Part shown: piece after piece, positions 37,158-50,998 of the stretch
Layout of the letters: every line of letters begins with the position of its first letter
Position numbering within the stretch: the first letter of the stretch is position 1
From: Felis catus
Taxonomy: Eukaryota
Direction of reading: 5' to 3'
Assembly: GCF_018350175.1 (NCBI RefSeq)
Contig: NC_058368.1
Location: forward strand, 140,184,001 to 140,248,000
Length of the DNA stretch: 64,000 nucleotides
Notes under the pieces: model-generated
Database searches by the model: none
What the model saw: only the letters and a program-made list of their open reading frames with translations
Told to the model about the DNA's origin: nothing
Translations under genes and position numbers: made by a program

Positions 37158-37662
37158 TCCTCTGCTTCTGTTTAGCCTCTCAGCTGTCACAGTGATTCTA
37201 ATTGGAATTAAAAAGTTACTGGCTTCTAGAGAACATCCTGTTCACCAACACTAGCAAAATCTTATTTGGATTCATTATTGCCAAATTGGAAAAGAAGACT
37301 CAATAATTTGTTGCCATTATATCCTTGGGTCTTATTTCCTCTGGTCATTCATTCTAATTTCCTAGTGGATTTGGCCTATGTAGCCTGAAACAATTCCTCC
37401 ATCCAGGAAGTCTGTGATACATTTTCACAGGATAGGAGTGAACAGAAACCCCATGCCACATTCCAGAATCTTGCCGATAAGCAGCATTCTGAGACTTTGA
37501 GAGTGTGATAGTAAAGGGCTGCCTTTCTGTCACCGGGAGGCTCGTTGGGGGGTTTCCTACAATATAGCTTTGAACCTAAAGGCTGATCCTTGCATCCTGA
37601 ATCCCTAAATCCCTGCATCCTAGAACACTTCTGGATGAGGATTCTGATTCCAGTGGTGGTAC

Positions 37663-37718
37663 ATATTACATTACATTACATTACAGTACATTACATTACA
37701 TTACACTACATTACATTA
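37663..37718. repeat. (TTACA)n microsatellite
   Basis: About 10 units with two variant units. Confidence 0.93.
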
Positions 37719-39859
37719 TTCTGATTCAATCTGGGACTCTCCCTGAAGTCACTGTAGAACTTGCTGATCTGTTGTTAGTTTAGAGACTTTGTTAATTGCA
37801 TGTTGGTTTAAATAAGGCAGTTTGAAATGTTAATCACCTAATAACTGTATCAAGCCAAATTCAAATAATTTGGGCTTGTAGGTTTGAATTCCAACCAGGA
37901 AGATGAAATCACCCCTTTTCATGGGAAATCTAATCTCTCAATATTCTCACGTAACAAGAGCTTGTATAGGAACTAAGGTTCCTGCAAAATGCTTCAGGGA
38001 GTAGGAAATGGTTTAATTACATTCATCTTGAAGAGTTATTCTGATAAATGACTGAAGCAAGTATTCCCAACCCACATATTTGCAAACTGACATTCTTACC
38101 TTACACTTAGAAATTTCTTATTGGCCTTTTAAAGATTGTGACAGAAAAAGTAAAAGAGGTCCTTGGGTATAGTTCTTACCTTCAATTTCAAAACTGAGAT
38201 CTCTAATGAAATATAAAATGATGAGGACACAATGAGTTTTTCCAACTAAAAATTTCTAATGTAAGGAATTTGCTTAAAAATAGAATATAATGCTCTTTAA
38301 ATCATTTTCACATCTCTCTTATCTCTTACCTCTCTTATCTCTAAATGCGAAAGATGATAAATTTTGTCATGTGTATTTTCCTACATTAAAAATGCAATCT
38401 TCCTATACCTATTAGCAACGAGCAAATATTTCTAAATATTGGAATATTGTTTATTTCTGCCATTAAGTTTATTTTTTCACTCTCAAGACAAAGCCGGGAA
38501 ACAGAGAAGCTGACAGCTGAGAAACTGCTGAAAATCCACCTTAACCACTTGACCTTGTAGGGCTGCTATACACAGTTTTGCAGGTTGTAAACTGCACCAA
38601 GGCACCTGGCTAGTGACAAAAAGGTGGTAGTATCTTGGCACCACTGTCCTTAATAACTGACATCAATATAATTACCATATTAAAAAAAAAGAAAGAAAGA
38701 AAGGCCCTGCTTTAAGACAAAGGACTCTGTTAGTTATGTCACTGACAAGGGAGTTCTCAACCAAGCGTAAGACCTACCAGCCTGCACTGTGGCCAGCCTG
38801 GGGCTTGATGGAAGGAGCAGTTGGCATCCATCTGCACCATCAGGTCAGCCAAGCAGCATCAGAGCAAGTTGGGGTGCTCTGGAAGGAAGAGTGTCTTCTT
38901 CCCTAACACCCCAGGAAGAGCTACAGAGAGCAGGATGGAGCCACACCACCTGGCCCTTTTGTAGGGCAGATTGCCTCAGTGCTGCTAGGATATAGCTTGC
39001 ATCTGCCCAGCACCCTTGGTCTGTGCCTGGGAGAAGAGTTCTGTTCAGGGGCATAGCATGGAACAAGCTCTTAGAGGGGAAGTTAAGGGGCCTGCTTAAC
39101 ATTTGGTATGCCCTTTGTGAAGTCAGGAAAAGAAGCTGAGAAAGTTGGGCACAGGTCTGCTTAATACAGGATATTCATAAGGTGCTTTCAAGTAAGTGCT
39201 GGGACGTGGCTTTCTTCTAAGAGAGTATGATTGCTATTGTTCTGCAGAGAAGCAAACATTTTGGGAATAGTTTTGCAGCATTTGAATTACCACAGATCAA
39301 TATACAAAATAGGTTACATTCTTGAAGTCTTTTGGTATTGAAATTTAGGTATTCGTGATGTTTAAAGAGAAAGAGTTGTGTTGAGTAAATTCATTGCCAA
39401 GAATATCTTAGTCCTTGAGAGGGATTTGCATGAACCTAAGTGAGAATGAAATGTGTGTGCCCTTTTCTGCAAAGAGACTGATGCCAGGTAGCATAGACAC
39501 CCAGTTAATATCGACAATGTGCCTACCAGAAAGGAGGGAACCTGTGGTGAGAGGCCAAGTTTTTGCCCCCAGGTAATATTTTAGGATGCAGGAGTCTCTT
39601 TACCCTTCCCAATGACTAAGTAAAAATCAAATCTACCCATGGGTAGTACCACTGTCAGGAGGGGGAGAGTAAGGACTGGGGCATATTTGGGGGGAGTTTG
39701 GGGACACTGCTTTTACCTCCAGAATCAAGAATCCAGTTTACCTCTGTGACCTTATGTTTGAGCTTTCCTCCCAACACTCTGAGACCATATTATCATATCT
39801 TGCCATACTTCTGTAGGCTCATTCATGACAGCATAGCAAAGATAGTTCGACTGCATGCT

Positions 39860-39915
39860 GCACACACACACACACGCACACACACACACACACACGCACA
39901 CACACACACACACAC
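39860..39915. repeat. (CA)n with CG interruptions
   Basis: Visible directly. Confidence 0.95.
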
Positions 39916-40172
39916 CCTTTCTCCTAGGGATTCAGCTGGTACATGAAAACACAGTGTGTTCCAGCAGTGTGGAAAGCAAGGATGCCCTCCCTCAGGGACT
40001 GTGCTTCCTGACTAGTAATGAGCTGAAGTGTAAGGAAGATAACACCCTGAGGTGGAGTCAGCGTCTCCAACTTTGTCAAGTTAAGGAAGGAAATGGATGG
40101 ACAGGAGGAAGCCGGTTAGTGGTTAGCAATGTTCAAAGTTGGAAAGAAGGATGGAATTAAATAATGAGAAAT

Positions 40173-40378
40173 GGGTACCTGGGTGGCTCAGTCGGTTGAG
40201 CATGTGACTTCAGCTCAGGTCATGATCTCACAGTTTGTGGGTTCGAGCTCCTCATCGGGCTCTGTGCTGACAGCTCAGAGCCTGGAGCCTGCTTCGGATT
40301 CTTTGTCTCCCTCTCTCTGCCCCTGCCCTGCTCGTGTACCCTCTCTCACAAATAAATAAACATTAAAAAAATTTTTTA
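40173..40378 (+). mobile_element. CanSINE (SINEC_Fc-type)
   Basis: gggtacctgggtggctcagtcggttgagc...ctgacagctcagagcctggagcctgcttcggattct. Confidence 0.95.
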
Positions 40379-40479
40379 AATAATAATATGAAGAAACAAA
40401 ACGTAGAATCAAGCGGGAGAAAAGAAATAGAAGGTAAACCAAAAGAGAAACATTTTAAAGAAAGAAGATAAAGCTTTGA

Positions 40480-40835
40480 TAGAAGCTACAACATGGACGA
40501 GTCCTGAAAACATTATGCTGGGTGAAATAAGCCAGACACAAAAGGACAAATGGTTGTATGAATGCACTTATATGAATTATCTAGAATAGACAAATTCACC
40601 AAGACAGAGAGTAGATTAGAATTACCAGGGGCTGGGAGGGAGAGGGAATGAGGAGTTACTGCTCAGAAGTTCGAGTTTCTGTTTGGAACGATGAAAAACT
40701 TTGGGAAAAGATGGTCGTGATGGTTGCACAACATTGTGAATGTAGTTGATGGCACTGAATTATATGCTTAAAATAGTTAAGCTGGCAAATTTTATGTTCT
40801 ATGAATTTAATACAATTCAAAAAGAAAAAAAAACA
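40480..40835 (+). mobile_element. Old L1 (L1MB-like) 3' end
   Basis: aaacattatgctgggtgaaataagccagacacaaaaggacaaat...gatggttgcacaacattgtgaatgta plus A-rich tail. Confidence 0.87.
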
Positions 40836-41135
40836 ATGAGAAAGAAGTCGTTTTGGAGGTGGTTGGGTGCTCATAGCACAGATGGCTGGAGTTCACTGTC
40901 CCCTGTGTTTGGGGAGATGCTGGGCTGGCAGTGAGTCCTGGACAGATACAAATGTATTAGCAGAGCAGCATCTCCTGCCCTGTTTCCTGCACTGTCGCAG
41001 GAATTGGAGTCCTGATGTGGCACCCGTTCTTTGTCAATAGCAGCTATTCCTATAGGTACCTTTCTTCCTGAGGGAATCCAGACTAATTCTGGTCATGGAG
41101 TTTGCCATAATGGCCTCTCCTGGAAGAATATTCTA

Positions 41136-41340
41136 GGGGCACCTGGGTGGCTCAGTAGGTTAAGCGTCCGACTTTGGCTTAGGTCATGATCTTGCGGTTC
41201 ATAGGTTCGAGCCCCGTGTCAGGCTCTGTGCTGACAGCTCAGAGCCTGCTTCAGATTCTGTGTCTCCCTCTCTCTCCATTCCTGCCCTGCTCACACTCTG
41301 CCTCTCTCTCTCAAAAATAAATAAAAACATTTAAAAAAAA
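41136..41340 (+). mobile_element. CanSINE (SINEC_Fc-type)
   Basis: Typical body; flanks gaatattcta/ggatattcta. Confidence 0.95.
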
Positions 41341-41631
41341 GGATATTCTAGACTGCTGAACTCTTGTTGAGCTTCTTGGGGAATATTTGAGAGTGAAGGG
41401 AGGGATTTGGGTGTGGACCAAGTATGCTACTTGAAAATCAGAGGGGAACAAATAATATAACCTAGAATATTCTGTAGGCAATTTTCTAGTAAACTTGGAG
41501 TCAAGGTAATCATTAGATTAAAATGTATGACTTTACTATGTAACTTGTTTGAAAAGTGAGATATTTATTTTAAGTACATAAGGTTTACCTTATTAAGAGT
41601 CAAAGCCTCTTCTTGTTTAAGCCTATTTCTT

Positions 41632-41858
41632 TTTACTTAGAAAAAAATTTTTTTTAATGTTGATTTATTTTTGACAGAGAGAAAGAGAGACAGAGCATGA
41701 GTGGGGGAGGGGCAGAGAGAGGGAGACAGAATCTGAAACAGGCTCCAGGCTCTGAGTTGTCAGCACAAAGCCCGATGTGGGGCTCAAACCCACGAACTGC
41801 AAGATCATGACCTGAGCCAAAGTCGGACACTCAACCAACTGAGCCACCCAGTTGCCCC
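41632..41858 (-). mobile_element. CanSINE (SINEC_Fc-type)
   Basis: Perfect 18-bp TSD tgtttaagcctatttctt (41614-41631 / 41859-41876). Confidence 0.96.
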
Positions 41859-42791
41859 TGTTTAAGCCTATTTCTTAAACGGAAGTCAAAAGTGTTTTAT
41901 ATTATTTCTAAATTTATCTTATATAATTTAAATGTGTCCTGATAGTTCAGGGCATCCATTTTTATTCTTTATGTAATACTTTGGTTTTTCTTCACCCCTT
42001 TCTACCATCCTGTCACTGCTGCCACTTAAGTGTCTGTCACTCATCCCCTGATGCTTCTGTGCTGTGGATTAGGAAACTTGATAACTAAGATTGTTAAGAA
42101 TTATCTGCTAAATAAGAGTAAATAGACTACGTGAAGGAACTGAGAGTTGCTGAGTAATTGCTTGACTTTATAAGTGGGGGCTTTATAACGGATACATGGG
42201 ATGTCCAGAAACCAAGTTCAAGATTTTGGCAAAGTAGGCATTAGAAGGACATTGGAAGTTTGGCTTTTGGTGTATTACTGTATCTCCTTTTGTTCCCAGT
42301 TGCAAATAGCTCTCTGTAAATCAAGCTAGGGCTAGGCTGTGCACAAGTTATTGTGGTGAAAAGTCAAGTAGCTGGCTTAAATTATTTTTTATGAGTCAGG
42401 GCAGGGTTTAAATAATTGCTTGAAGAATTTAGAGTTAATACAAAATAAACTTAAGGTTTTGAAATTTTAACTTTCCTATTCTTTGTGGTGTGGTCACTGG
42501 CCATGACTATGACCTCTTCAATCTCTGTGTTTCCATCCTAAAGGGTCTTTGGGATGGAGATTCTTGTCACAGGAAGACTCTTCCCATTGCTTTTCAGATC
42601 ATTCCTGGGGGAAGTGGGTGAAGGATGCAGGTCACATCACATCCCTGATCAAAATGTTTGCTTGTTAGTATACAGATTGCTTTAAACTCCTGAGTATGGT
42701 ATTCAAAGCTCTTCATAAGCTGGGCCAGATCTATTTTTCCCATTTTTTCTGCCACTCATTCCCCTCCCCTAGATATTCCAAAATCAGGGTA

Positions 42792-43208
42792 TAGAGTTGC
42801 CAGATAAAATACAGGGTGCCCAGGTAGATTTGAATTTCAGATAAATAACAAGGAAATAATATTTTATTTTTATTTTTATTTTTTTAATATATGAAATTTA
42901 TTGTCAAATTGGTTTCCAAACAACACCCAGTGCTCATCCCAAAAGGTGCCCTCCTCAATACCCATCACCCACCCTCCCCTCCCTCCCACCCCCCATCAAC
43001 CCTCAGTTTGTTCTCAGTTTTTAAGAGTCTCTTATGTTTTGGCTCTCTCCCACTCTAACCTCTTTTTTTTTTCCTTCCCTAAGGAAATAATATTTTAATA
43101 TAAGTATATGCCAAGCAACATTTGCGATATGCTTAAAATATTTGTTTACCTGAAATTCAAATTTAACTGGGCATCATGTGTTTTTATTTGCTAAATCTGG
43201 CAACCCTC
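42792..43208. mobile_element. MER53 palindromic hAT MITE, split by a short L1
   Basis: Inverted arms gttgccagataaaatacagggtgcccag..atttgaatttcag and ctgaaattcaaatttaactgggcatc...atctggcaac. Confidence 0.85.
42867..43080 (-). mobile_element. Young felid-type L1 3' end (214 bp)
   Basis: gtcaaattggtttccaaacaacacccagtgctcatccca; perfect 17-bp TSD aaggaaataatatttta (42850-42866 / 43081-43097). Confidence 0.93.
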
Positions 43209-44292
43209 CTAGTAGTGTAGATAACGGCATGGGATGGAGGGATTAGTTTGTTCTTTGACTTCTGTAAATGAGGCATCCAATCAGTCATTAATTTCACTAT
43301 CTCAATCGCAATCACATCCCATCTCAGACTTCGTGAATCATTGCTAGGGGATGCGCCTGGGAACTGTATATATGTTTTATAAGCATCCCAAATGATTCTT
43401 GTTTAGAGGGAGGTTCCAGAAACACTGTTCTCCACCACTGCTTCTCAGCCTAAAGATGTAGGCTTTGATATAGCAGACCCGGGTTGGGCCTGGGATTCTT
43501 CCTGCTAAAATGAGCTGGGATCCCAGTGAGGCTGAAGCTGGTGGTTATGAACCCCACTGTGAGTAGCACTGTCGTAGTCCCCCCCCCCCACTCCCAGCCA
43601 AGAAGCAGCAGCATCCCCAACAGTTGTGATAATGAAGGTTATACGTGATGTTATAATTTTAAACAATGGAGCATGTGATCCTGTAACTAGAAGTGTTTTC
43701 CTTATTTACCAATGTACAGCAACACATGTTACAAGGTAGCCTTATGTGCCATTTTTGAGGAAAGGTTTTCTTTTCAAGAAGTAAATCTCTTATTGACAGC
43801 TGAGGGGTGCGTATGTGTTGTTTTCTCCGCTGAAATGGGTATTGACTTCTTTACACTGGTCTTTCTTCTACACCGCAGGGGACATCACGGTCTCTAACCA
43901 CATTTATGGCCACGCATCCCAGAATGGTCCCAGCACAGTGTGACTTTGCTTTGTGGCAATAGTTTCTCAGTGCCAGAGGCATGGTGATAAAACTATAATG
44001 TGAATCCTTCAGGCTTTTTTCCCCTCCTATGTAACGTGAAATTAAATGACTTTTCTGAGTGTTGGCTTAGTTTTCTCTGAAGAATCTAGTTAAATCAGAA
44101 ATATTAAAAGTACTGTGTCAAAAGAACTGATTAGAAACTGGTAAAAGGTAACCAGACTGCTCAGGGAACGAAGGAAAGTCCTGCGGTGGGAATCGATTTG
44201 GATGTGAACACACACATCCAAAAGGAGGCAGATTATACTTGTGAGAAGTGGATGGCTTCTCAGTGTTCTACGTCTGTTTAGTTACCTACTTA

Positions 44293-44497
44293 TTTCTTTT
44301 TAAGTTTATTTTGAGAGAGAGAGAAAGAGAATGAAAGCAGGAGAGGGGCAGAGAGAGAGAGAGGAAGAGAGAGAGATTCCCAAGCAGGCTCTGCACTGTT
44401 GGCACAGAACATGATGTGGGGCTTGAACCCGCGAACTGTGGGATCATGACCTGAGCTGAAATCAAGAGTCCATTGCTTAACTGACTGAGCCACCCAG
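44293..44497 (-). mobile_element. CanSINE lacking its first few bases
   Basis: gatcatgacctgagctgaaatcaagagtc..cttaactgactgagccacccag. Confidence 0.92.
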
Positions 44498-47400
44498 CCA
44501 CTACTTAGTTTTCTAACTAATAGAAAGGGATCAGAGATCACTTTGTGGAATGTTACCTTTCAAAATTCAGCAGTTCTCACACAGAAGGTCACCAGCAGGG
44601 GGTCCTCCATGCATTCACTCCTCAAATTCTTATTGAGTTGGTTTAAGGTACTTGCACTATTTTGTGACAAGTACAGAGGTCAAGCAGACAAAACTCTGTG
44701 CCCAAGACATTTCCTGTCAAAACGGTATGGGGGCCAGAGGACTGAAGATTGATTCTGTTTGAGGGAAGCCTGGTTTTAAAAAAAAGATTTCAGGAGACTG
44801 TAGTATTTGACCAGGTTTTCCACTGCAGGTAGAATTAGGATTTGCAGAGACGGGGTGCAGAAAGGAGAGAGTTTTTGGGAGAGCAAACACACTGACCAAA
44901 GGCACTAAGGCAGGAAACCCGTGGATTGAGTGTTGTGAGTAGATTGTGGTTCAGCTTTGTTGAAGCAGAACACACATACAAGGGAGCCCTTGGAAAGGTG
45001 GGTGGGGAACTGCCTGTTCATGGAGACTAAATGAGTTTATTCTGGTGCGGGTGGGGATCGGTGGAGGTGTGAGCAGAGACGTGATGGGGTGAGAAGTCTC
45101 CTTTGGGAGACTGCTGCGTCTGGAACGGGTCGGAGAGGAGTCAACGGGATCAGTTAAGATTCATTTGCATAGAGTGTTCCAGCCCGTAGATGGCAAGGGC
45201 CTGATGTGGGTGATGCAGAGGGACTGTTAGAGGACAGGGGTTTTCCAGTGAATAGCTGGACCCTCACAACCCACTAACTATGGGAGCACAGGAGAGGAAC
45301 ATACCAGAGACGCTAAGGACTCATGCCCTGGTGTTGTGTTGGGTAGGAGTGTGTAAAATATAGACAGGACTTCTGGGATTGGTGGGGAAGTGGGGGGACC
45401 CTTGTGTAGGGGGGAAGATGAATTTAGTTACTGTAAGCGCAAGAATGGAGTGTCTTATTCACAGACTACCCTCAGCCTGGAGCACAGAGCCTGGTAAGTG
45501 GTCCCCACTGAGTTTTTGTTGAGTTTGAGGTGCCAACCAGGCTGCTCAGCTGAAACTGTCCAGGAGGGCATTTGTCCTGAGACTTCACAGGGAAACTAGC
45601 CCCCAGAGATGGACTTCGGAGAGATCTTTGAATAGAGACGCAGAACCCACAGAGAGAGGAGAGCCTGAGGAAGAAAGGGGGGCTAACAACAGATCTTCAG
45701 TGAATGCTTAGGTGTGGGAGGAGAAAAGTCATAAATATATGGTGAAAGGTAGGAAAAGTCTCAGCTGCCTGGAGGCCAAGAGCAGCAAGGTTTCGGGAGG
45801 GAAGAGGTGGCCATAACTGAGAGTGCTTTGGGGGATGGGGTGCATGGCAGAGAAAACGACATTGCCTGCGGCGATGAGAAATCTGTTCCAGAGAGTGGAA
45901 AGGGCAAATGTCAGGTCAACTACTAAATTGAGTTTTAATGTATATTTTTAAAGGAAGGAAAACAAGTCAGTATTTAAAAATTGGTTACAAGGTCCTGTGG
46001 TATATTTGTTTTGGATAGTACTTCCAATAACATAATTATACCATAGATTGGAGCAGCTGAAAAATTATTAATCCTCTTCTGCAAGGGTAAATTGCACATT
46101 TGTAGCCGTTATCTAGTACTTCTGCGTCATTATGTGCCAGTAATCACATCCAGAATATATAGAGGAGATAAATTGGCAAACCAGGAGAGAAGTGGGTTAG
46201 CTGCTGCTATCTCATTTTATTTATTTTTCCAAATTGAAAACCATCTCAGTTACCAGTACTTCTGGATTTAACAATAAAGTAAACTTTGTTGAAAAGTTCA
46301 TATTTAAGTAGTCAGTAGGAATGATAAATGGTATAACTAACTCCCCAGGGAAAAGACAGCTCCAAGATGACCATTCATTCCCTTGGTGTGAGCCGACTCC
46401 ATCAGAGGGTCCCTCTATGACCATACAGTACAACTTTGCCCCCTGGGTTTCTGCTGGATCAGTAAGGAAGCCTCCTGGCCCCCACCTCCCTCCCCACACT
46501 GGGCACACTACATTTGTAGAGTGATGGTGTCTCCTCCAGACTCCTACTGTACATCACATGGTGAGTAGGAGCCTTGATCATATTTTCTCAGAGTCAAAAG
46601 GGATGGGTTGTTCCCCCAGAGATGCTGCTTGCCTCCTCAGGGACAAATACATTCTTATAGTTCTGACATGGATATGTATCCTGGGTAGACTGCTGTAAAG
46701 CCAAGGGAGACGAGGAACTCCAGGGGATTGCCAGGTTCTTCCCAGTGTGAGGAAGGTGCTTCCTCTCACCTCTGGGCATCCTGAGCTGTTCCTGTCCTAA
46801 GCTGTTCATGTTTGGTAGAGACCCCAGCACTTCCCCCAGCTTGGAGCCTGAAAGGCGTTCCCAGGAATAGCCGCTTTCCCTAAGCCTCCTCACATCACAT
46901 GAATTGAATCTGGAGGCAGAACCTAATAAAATGTTGACCACCCCTTCCTCCCTGAAAATGTGTCTGCCTTTGGTTCCTCCTGGAGTCTCAGTTCTCCGTA
47001 CTCATTCTACATTCTTCTCTCCTCTCCCTACAGGGTCTTCCCAGGACTTAGCCCTTGGGGCTTTGGTGTCTGTGTATGTGTTGTGATCACATTGCCTTTC
47101 TTTGCATAATCATCCAGCAAACAGTTAGTGACTTCCCTACCCGGGTCCCAGACTGGATCCTGGAGTAATAAAGACATGCTTCCTGCTCTTGAGTGCTTAC
47201 AGGCCAGAGAGGGAGACAGACACATGGCAGATGAGTGCACCTAATTGTTGTAGATGCTGTAACAGGGAGATTCAAAAGAAAGAATGGCTAGTGCTTTGTG
47301 AAAACAGGGCTGGAATGCTTTAACACAGGCAGCATCAGGCATTTTCTGATGACTTCTGGCCTGTGGCTTCCATTGTCCACTTCTATATTCCCATTAGGAT

Positions 47401-47759
47401 ATGCAGGAAAGAAGCAAAGAAGCACAGGATAGACACAGGCTTCAAGGCAAAGCTGGTCTTAAATCCTAAATCTCTCATGTGGGAGTTGTATGATTTGGGG
47501 CAAGTTGTATGATTTTGAGCTTCAGTAAGCTAATCTAGAAAAAAAAATAAACAGTATCTTTATCTTGTAGATTTTAACTGTGATCATCACTTTTCCAGAG
47601 CCTCTCATTCTCTATTCCCAACAGCTTACAGCCAGTTGTAATTACAAACATCACCTATAGAGTAGCAGGGAGGATTGGAGACAGTGTATTAAAATCCTTG
47701 TACCAGAACAGTACTAATAAATACATCCCCTGTCACTGTCAACCTCTGTCTTAACAAGC

Positions 47760-48378
47760 TTTTAAATATGCATTACAATATTGTTAACTGTATGCACCAT
47801 GCCTTGCAGTAGAGCTCTAGGATTTACTCCTCTTGTGTAACTGAAATTTTGTACCCTTTGATTGACACCTCTTTGTTTCCCTGTCTACAGCTGCTAGGAT
47901 CCACTGTTCTACTCTCTGATTCTCACCCTTCTCTGGCAATTTTAGGTTCATGAAATAGTGGGGTCAGATAGTATTTGATTTTTTGTGTCTGATTTAGCAT
48001 AATGTCTTTCAAGTTCATCCATGGTGTAGCAAATGACATGACTGTCTTCTTTATTAAAGCTGAATGAAATTTCATTTATACCACATGTTAAGAATCCATT
48101 CATCTATCAATGGACTTAGATTATTCTATGGCTTTGCCACTGTAAATAATGCTGCAGTGAATGTCAGAGTGCAGATATCTCTTAGAAATACTGATTTCAG
48201 TTCTTTGGGGTATATGCCAAGAAGTAGGATTCCTGTATTTACCCAAAGGATACAAAAATACTAATTTGAAGAGACACATGCACCCTGATGTTTATAGCAG
48301 CATTATCTATAATAGCCAAAGTATGGAAAGAGCCCAAATGTCCATCAACTGATGAATGGATAAAGAAGAGGTGGTATA

Positions 48379-48422
<44 letters not shown>

Positions 48423-49310
48423 GTATACATACACACACTATAATATATATATACTATATATACTATATATATGGCTGAATATTACTCAGCTATAAAAGAA
48501 TAATGTAATCTTGCCATTTGCACTGATGTGGATGGAGCTAGTGTGTATTATGCTAAGCGAAATAAGTCAGCGAAAGACAAATACCACATGATTTCACTTA
48601 TTTAAGAAACAAAACAGATGAATATAGGGGAAAGAAAAAAAGAGAGACAGGGAAACAAAGCATAAAAGACACTCTGAACTACAGAAAACAAACTGAGGGT
48701 TGCTGGAAAGGAGATGGGTAGGAGGATGGGCTAAATTGGTGATGGATATTAAGGAGGGGACTTGTTGTGATGAGCACTGGGTGTTACAGGTAAGTGATGA
48801 ATCACTAAATTCTACTCCTGAGACTAATATAACACTTTATGTTAAATAACTAGAATTTAACTAAAAACTTGAAACATTAAAAGAAGAAGAAGTAGGATTC
48901 CTGGATCATACATATTGTTGGAATTTTGAAGAACTTACATTATGTTTTGCATAATGGCTATATGAATTACATTCCCACAAACAGTGTACAAGGCTTCCTT
49001 CTTCTCTACATCCTTACCAACATTTGTTATCTTTTTGTTGTTGTTGTTGTTAATAGCCATGCTAACAGGTGTGATATAATATCTCATTGTGGTTTTGATT
49101 TTCAGTGCCCTCATAATTTGTGATGTTGAACACCATTTTGTGTACCTATGGCCATTTGTATGTCTTTTTGGGTAAATGTCTCTTCAGGTCTCTTGTGCAT
49201 TTTTTTTTAAAAAATCAGCTTACTTAATTTTTTTTTGCTACTGAGTTTTTGGAGTTCCTTATATATTTTGGAAATGAACCCTTTCTCAGATATATGATTT
49301 GTAAACATTT
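47760..49310 (-). mobile_element. Old L1 (L1MA-like) 3' region, split by a younger L1
   Basis: ctgaaattttgtaccctttga; aataatgctgcagtgaat; resumes at 48904 with gatcata...acattcccacaaacagtgtacaagg. Confidence 0.85.
48236..48886 (+). mobile_element. 5'-truncated carnivore L1 (651 bp) nested in an opposite-strand L1
   Basis: Perfect 17-bp TSD aagaagtaggattcctg (48219-48235 / 48887-48903); gatgagcactgggtgtta..gtaagtgatgaatcactaaattctac 3' UTR. Confidence 0.93.
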
Positions 49311-49989
49311 GAAAAAATCTTGAAAGCAGCAAGAAAAAAAATGACTCACCACTTATAAGGGAGAAGTCACTAAGGAAATGATTTTAAAATGTAGTGAGAA
49401 ATCACTAAAGAAATTTAAATGCTACATTAGAATATATTAAGTCAATGAAAAAGAAAACAATGAAAGTGGAATGGGGGCAGAGACATGATACATAGAAAAC
49501 AAAAAGTAAAATGGAAGATGTAAGTTCAACTATATCAATGACATTAAATATTTATGAATTAAACAGTCTAATCAAAAGGCAGAGATGGTCAGACTTGATA
49601 ATAAAACAAGATCCATATACAGCTGACTTTATATCAGAGACAGTAGAGGCCAGAGACAGTGGAATAACATATTCAAAGAGCAGAAAAGAAGAAAAAAAAC
49701 ACTGTTAACCGAAAATCTTATAGCCAGCAAAGCTATCTTTCAGAAATGAAAAATAACCCTGAAAAATAATGATAACCCTGGGTAAACAAAAATACAGAGA
49801 CGATTTATTGATAACAGGTCTGCTTTTCAAGAAATACTAAAGGAAATTTTTCAGGCTGTAAGCAAGTGACCTCACCCAGTCATTTGAATCCACAGGGAAA
49901 AAAGAGCATTATAAAATTATAAAAGATGGTATAATGAATGCATCTTTTCCCTTTCTCTTTAAACTGATTTAGAAAGCAATTGTATAAAA

Positions 49990-49990
<1 letters not shown>

Positions 49991-50042
<52 letters not shown>

Positions 50043-50106
50043 TATATATATATATATATATACATATATACACACACACACACACACACATATATACATA
50101 TATATA
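49991..50106. repeat. Compound (TA)(TG)(TA)(CA)(TA) microsatellite
   Basis: Continuous alternating purine-pyrimidine tract. Confidence 0.95.
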
Positions 50107-50373
50107 ATATAATGTTGAGCCTGTAACTCCTAAAAACATAACATATTTGCCAATAATAGCCCAAAAGATGTACATGGAGCAAAACTGTATTGGGCTGAGA
50201 AAATGACTCCAGATAGTAACAAATTCATAAAACAAACAATTTTTATAAAACAAATTCTTCTTTTCAAAAACAAAACAAAATTCTTCTTTAAATATTTGGT
50301 AGAATTTAGTAGTGAAGGCATCTGAGCCTGGGACTTTCTTTGTGGGTGTTTTTTTTTTTTTTATTACTAATTA

Positions 50374-50586
50374 ATTTTATTTTTTAAAATTTATTTATTT
50401 ATTTATTTAAGAGAGAGAGAGAGTGCATGAGCAGGGGAGGGGCAGGGAAAGAGAGGGAGAGAAAGAATCCTAAGCAGGCTGTGTGCTGCCAGCATGGCAC
50501 TCGATCCCACCAACTCTGAGATCATGACCTGAGCCAAAACCAAGCCGAATTTCCAAGCCTTAACCAATGAGCCACCCAGGGGCCCC
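50374..50586 (-). mobile_element. CanSINE
   Basis: Ends tgagccacccaggggcccc; flanks attactaatta. Confidence 0.9.
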
Positions 50587-50998
50587 TGATTACTAATTAG
50601 TAATTACTAACTTAATACCTTTTTTTTTTTAAGACGTATTCATGGTGTCTATTGCTTCTTGAGTCAGTTTTGGTAATTTGTCCTAGAATTAACTTCAGGT
50701 TTACACTAACTTAATTCCAGTGAGACAGAACTGTTACTCCCACATAACTCTATACCTTTCCCCACCTTGTTGTGATGTGGTTAAAGGTATTGCAAGTATA
50801 ACAAACCCAACATTACCTTTTTACAGTTTTCACAGTATAGAAATTTATGCTAACTAAGGTGATTAAACTAGAAACAGAGATAAAAGACCTCCATATTGGA
50901 AAGTAGTTAAAACTATTTGCAGATGATACGATCTTGTATATAGAAAGTCTTAAGTATTTCACTAAAAAACTATTAAAACTATAAGCAAATTTAGCAAG

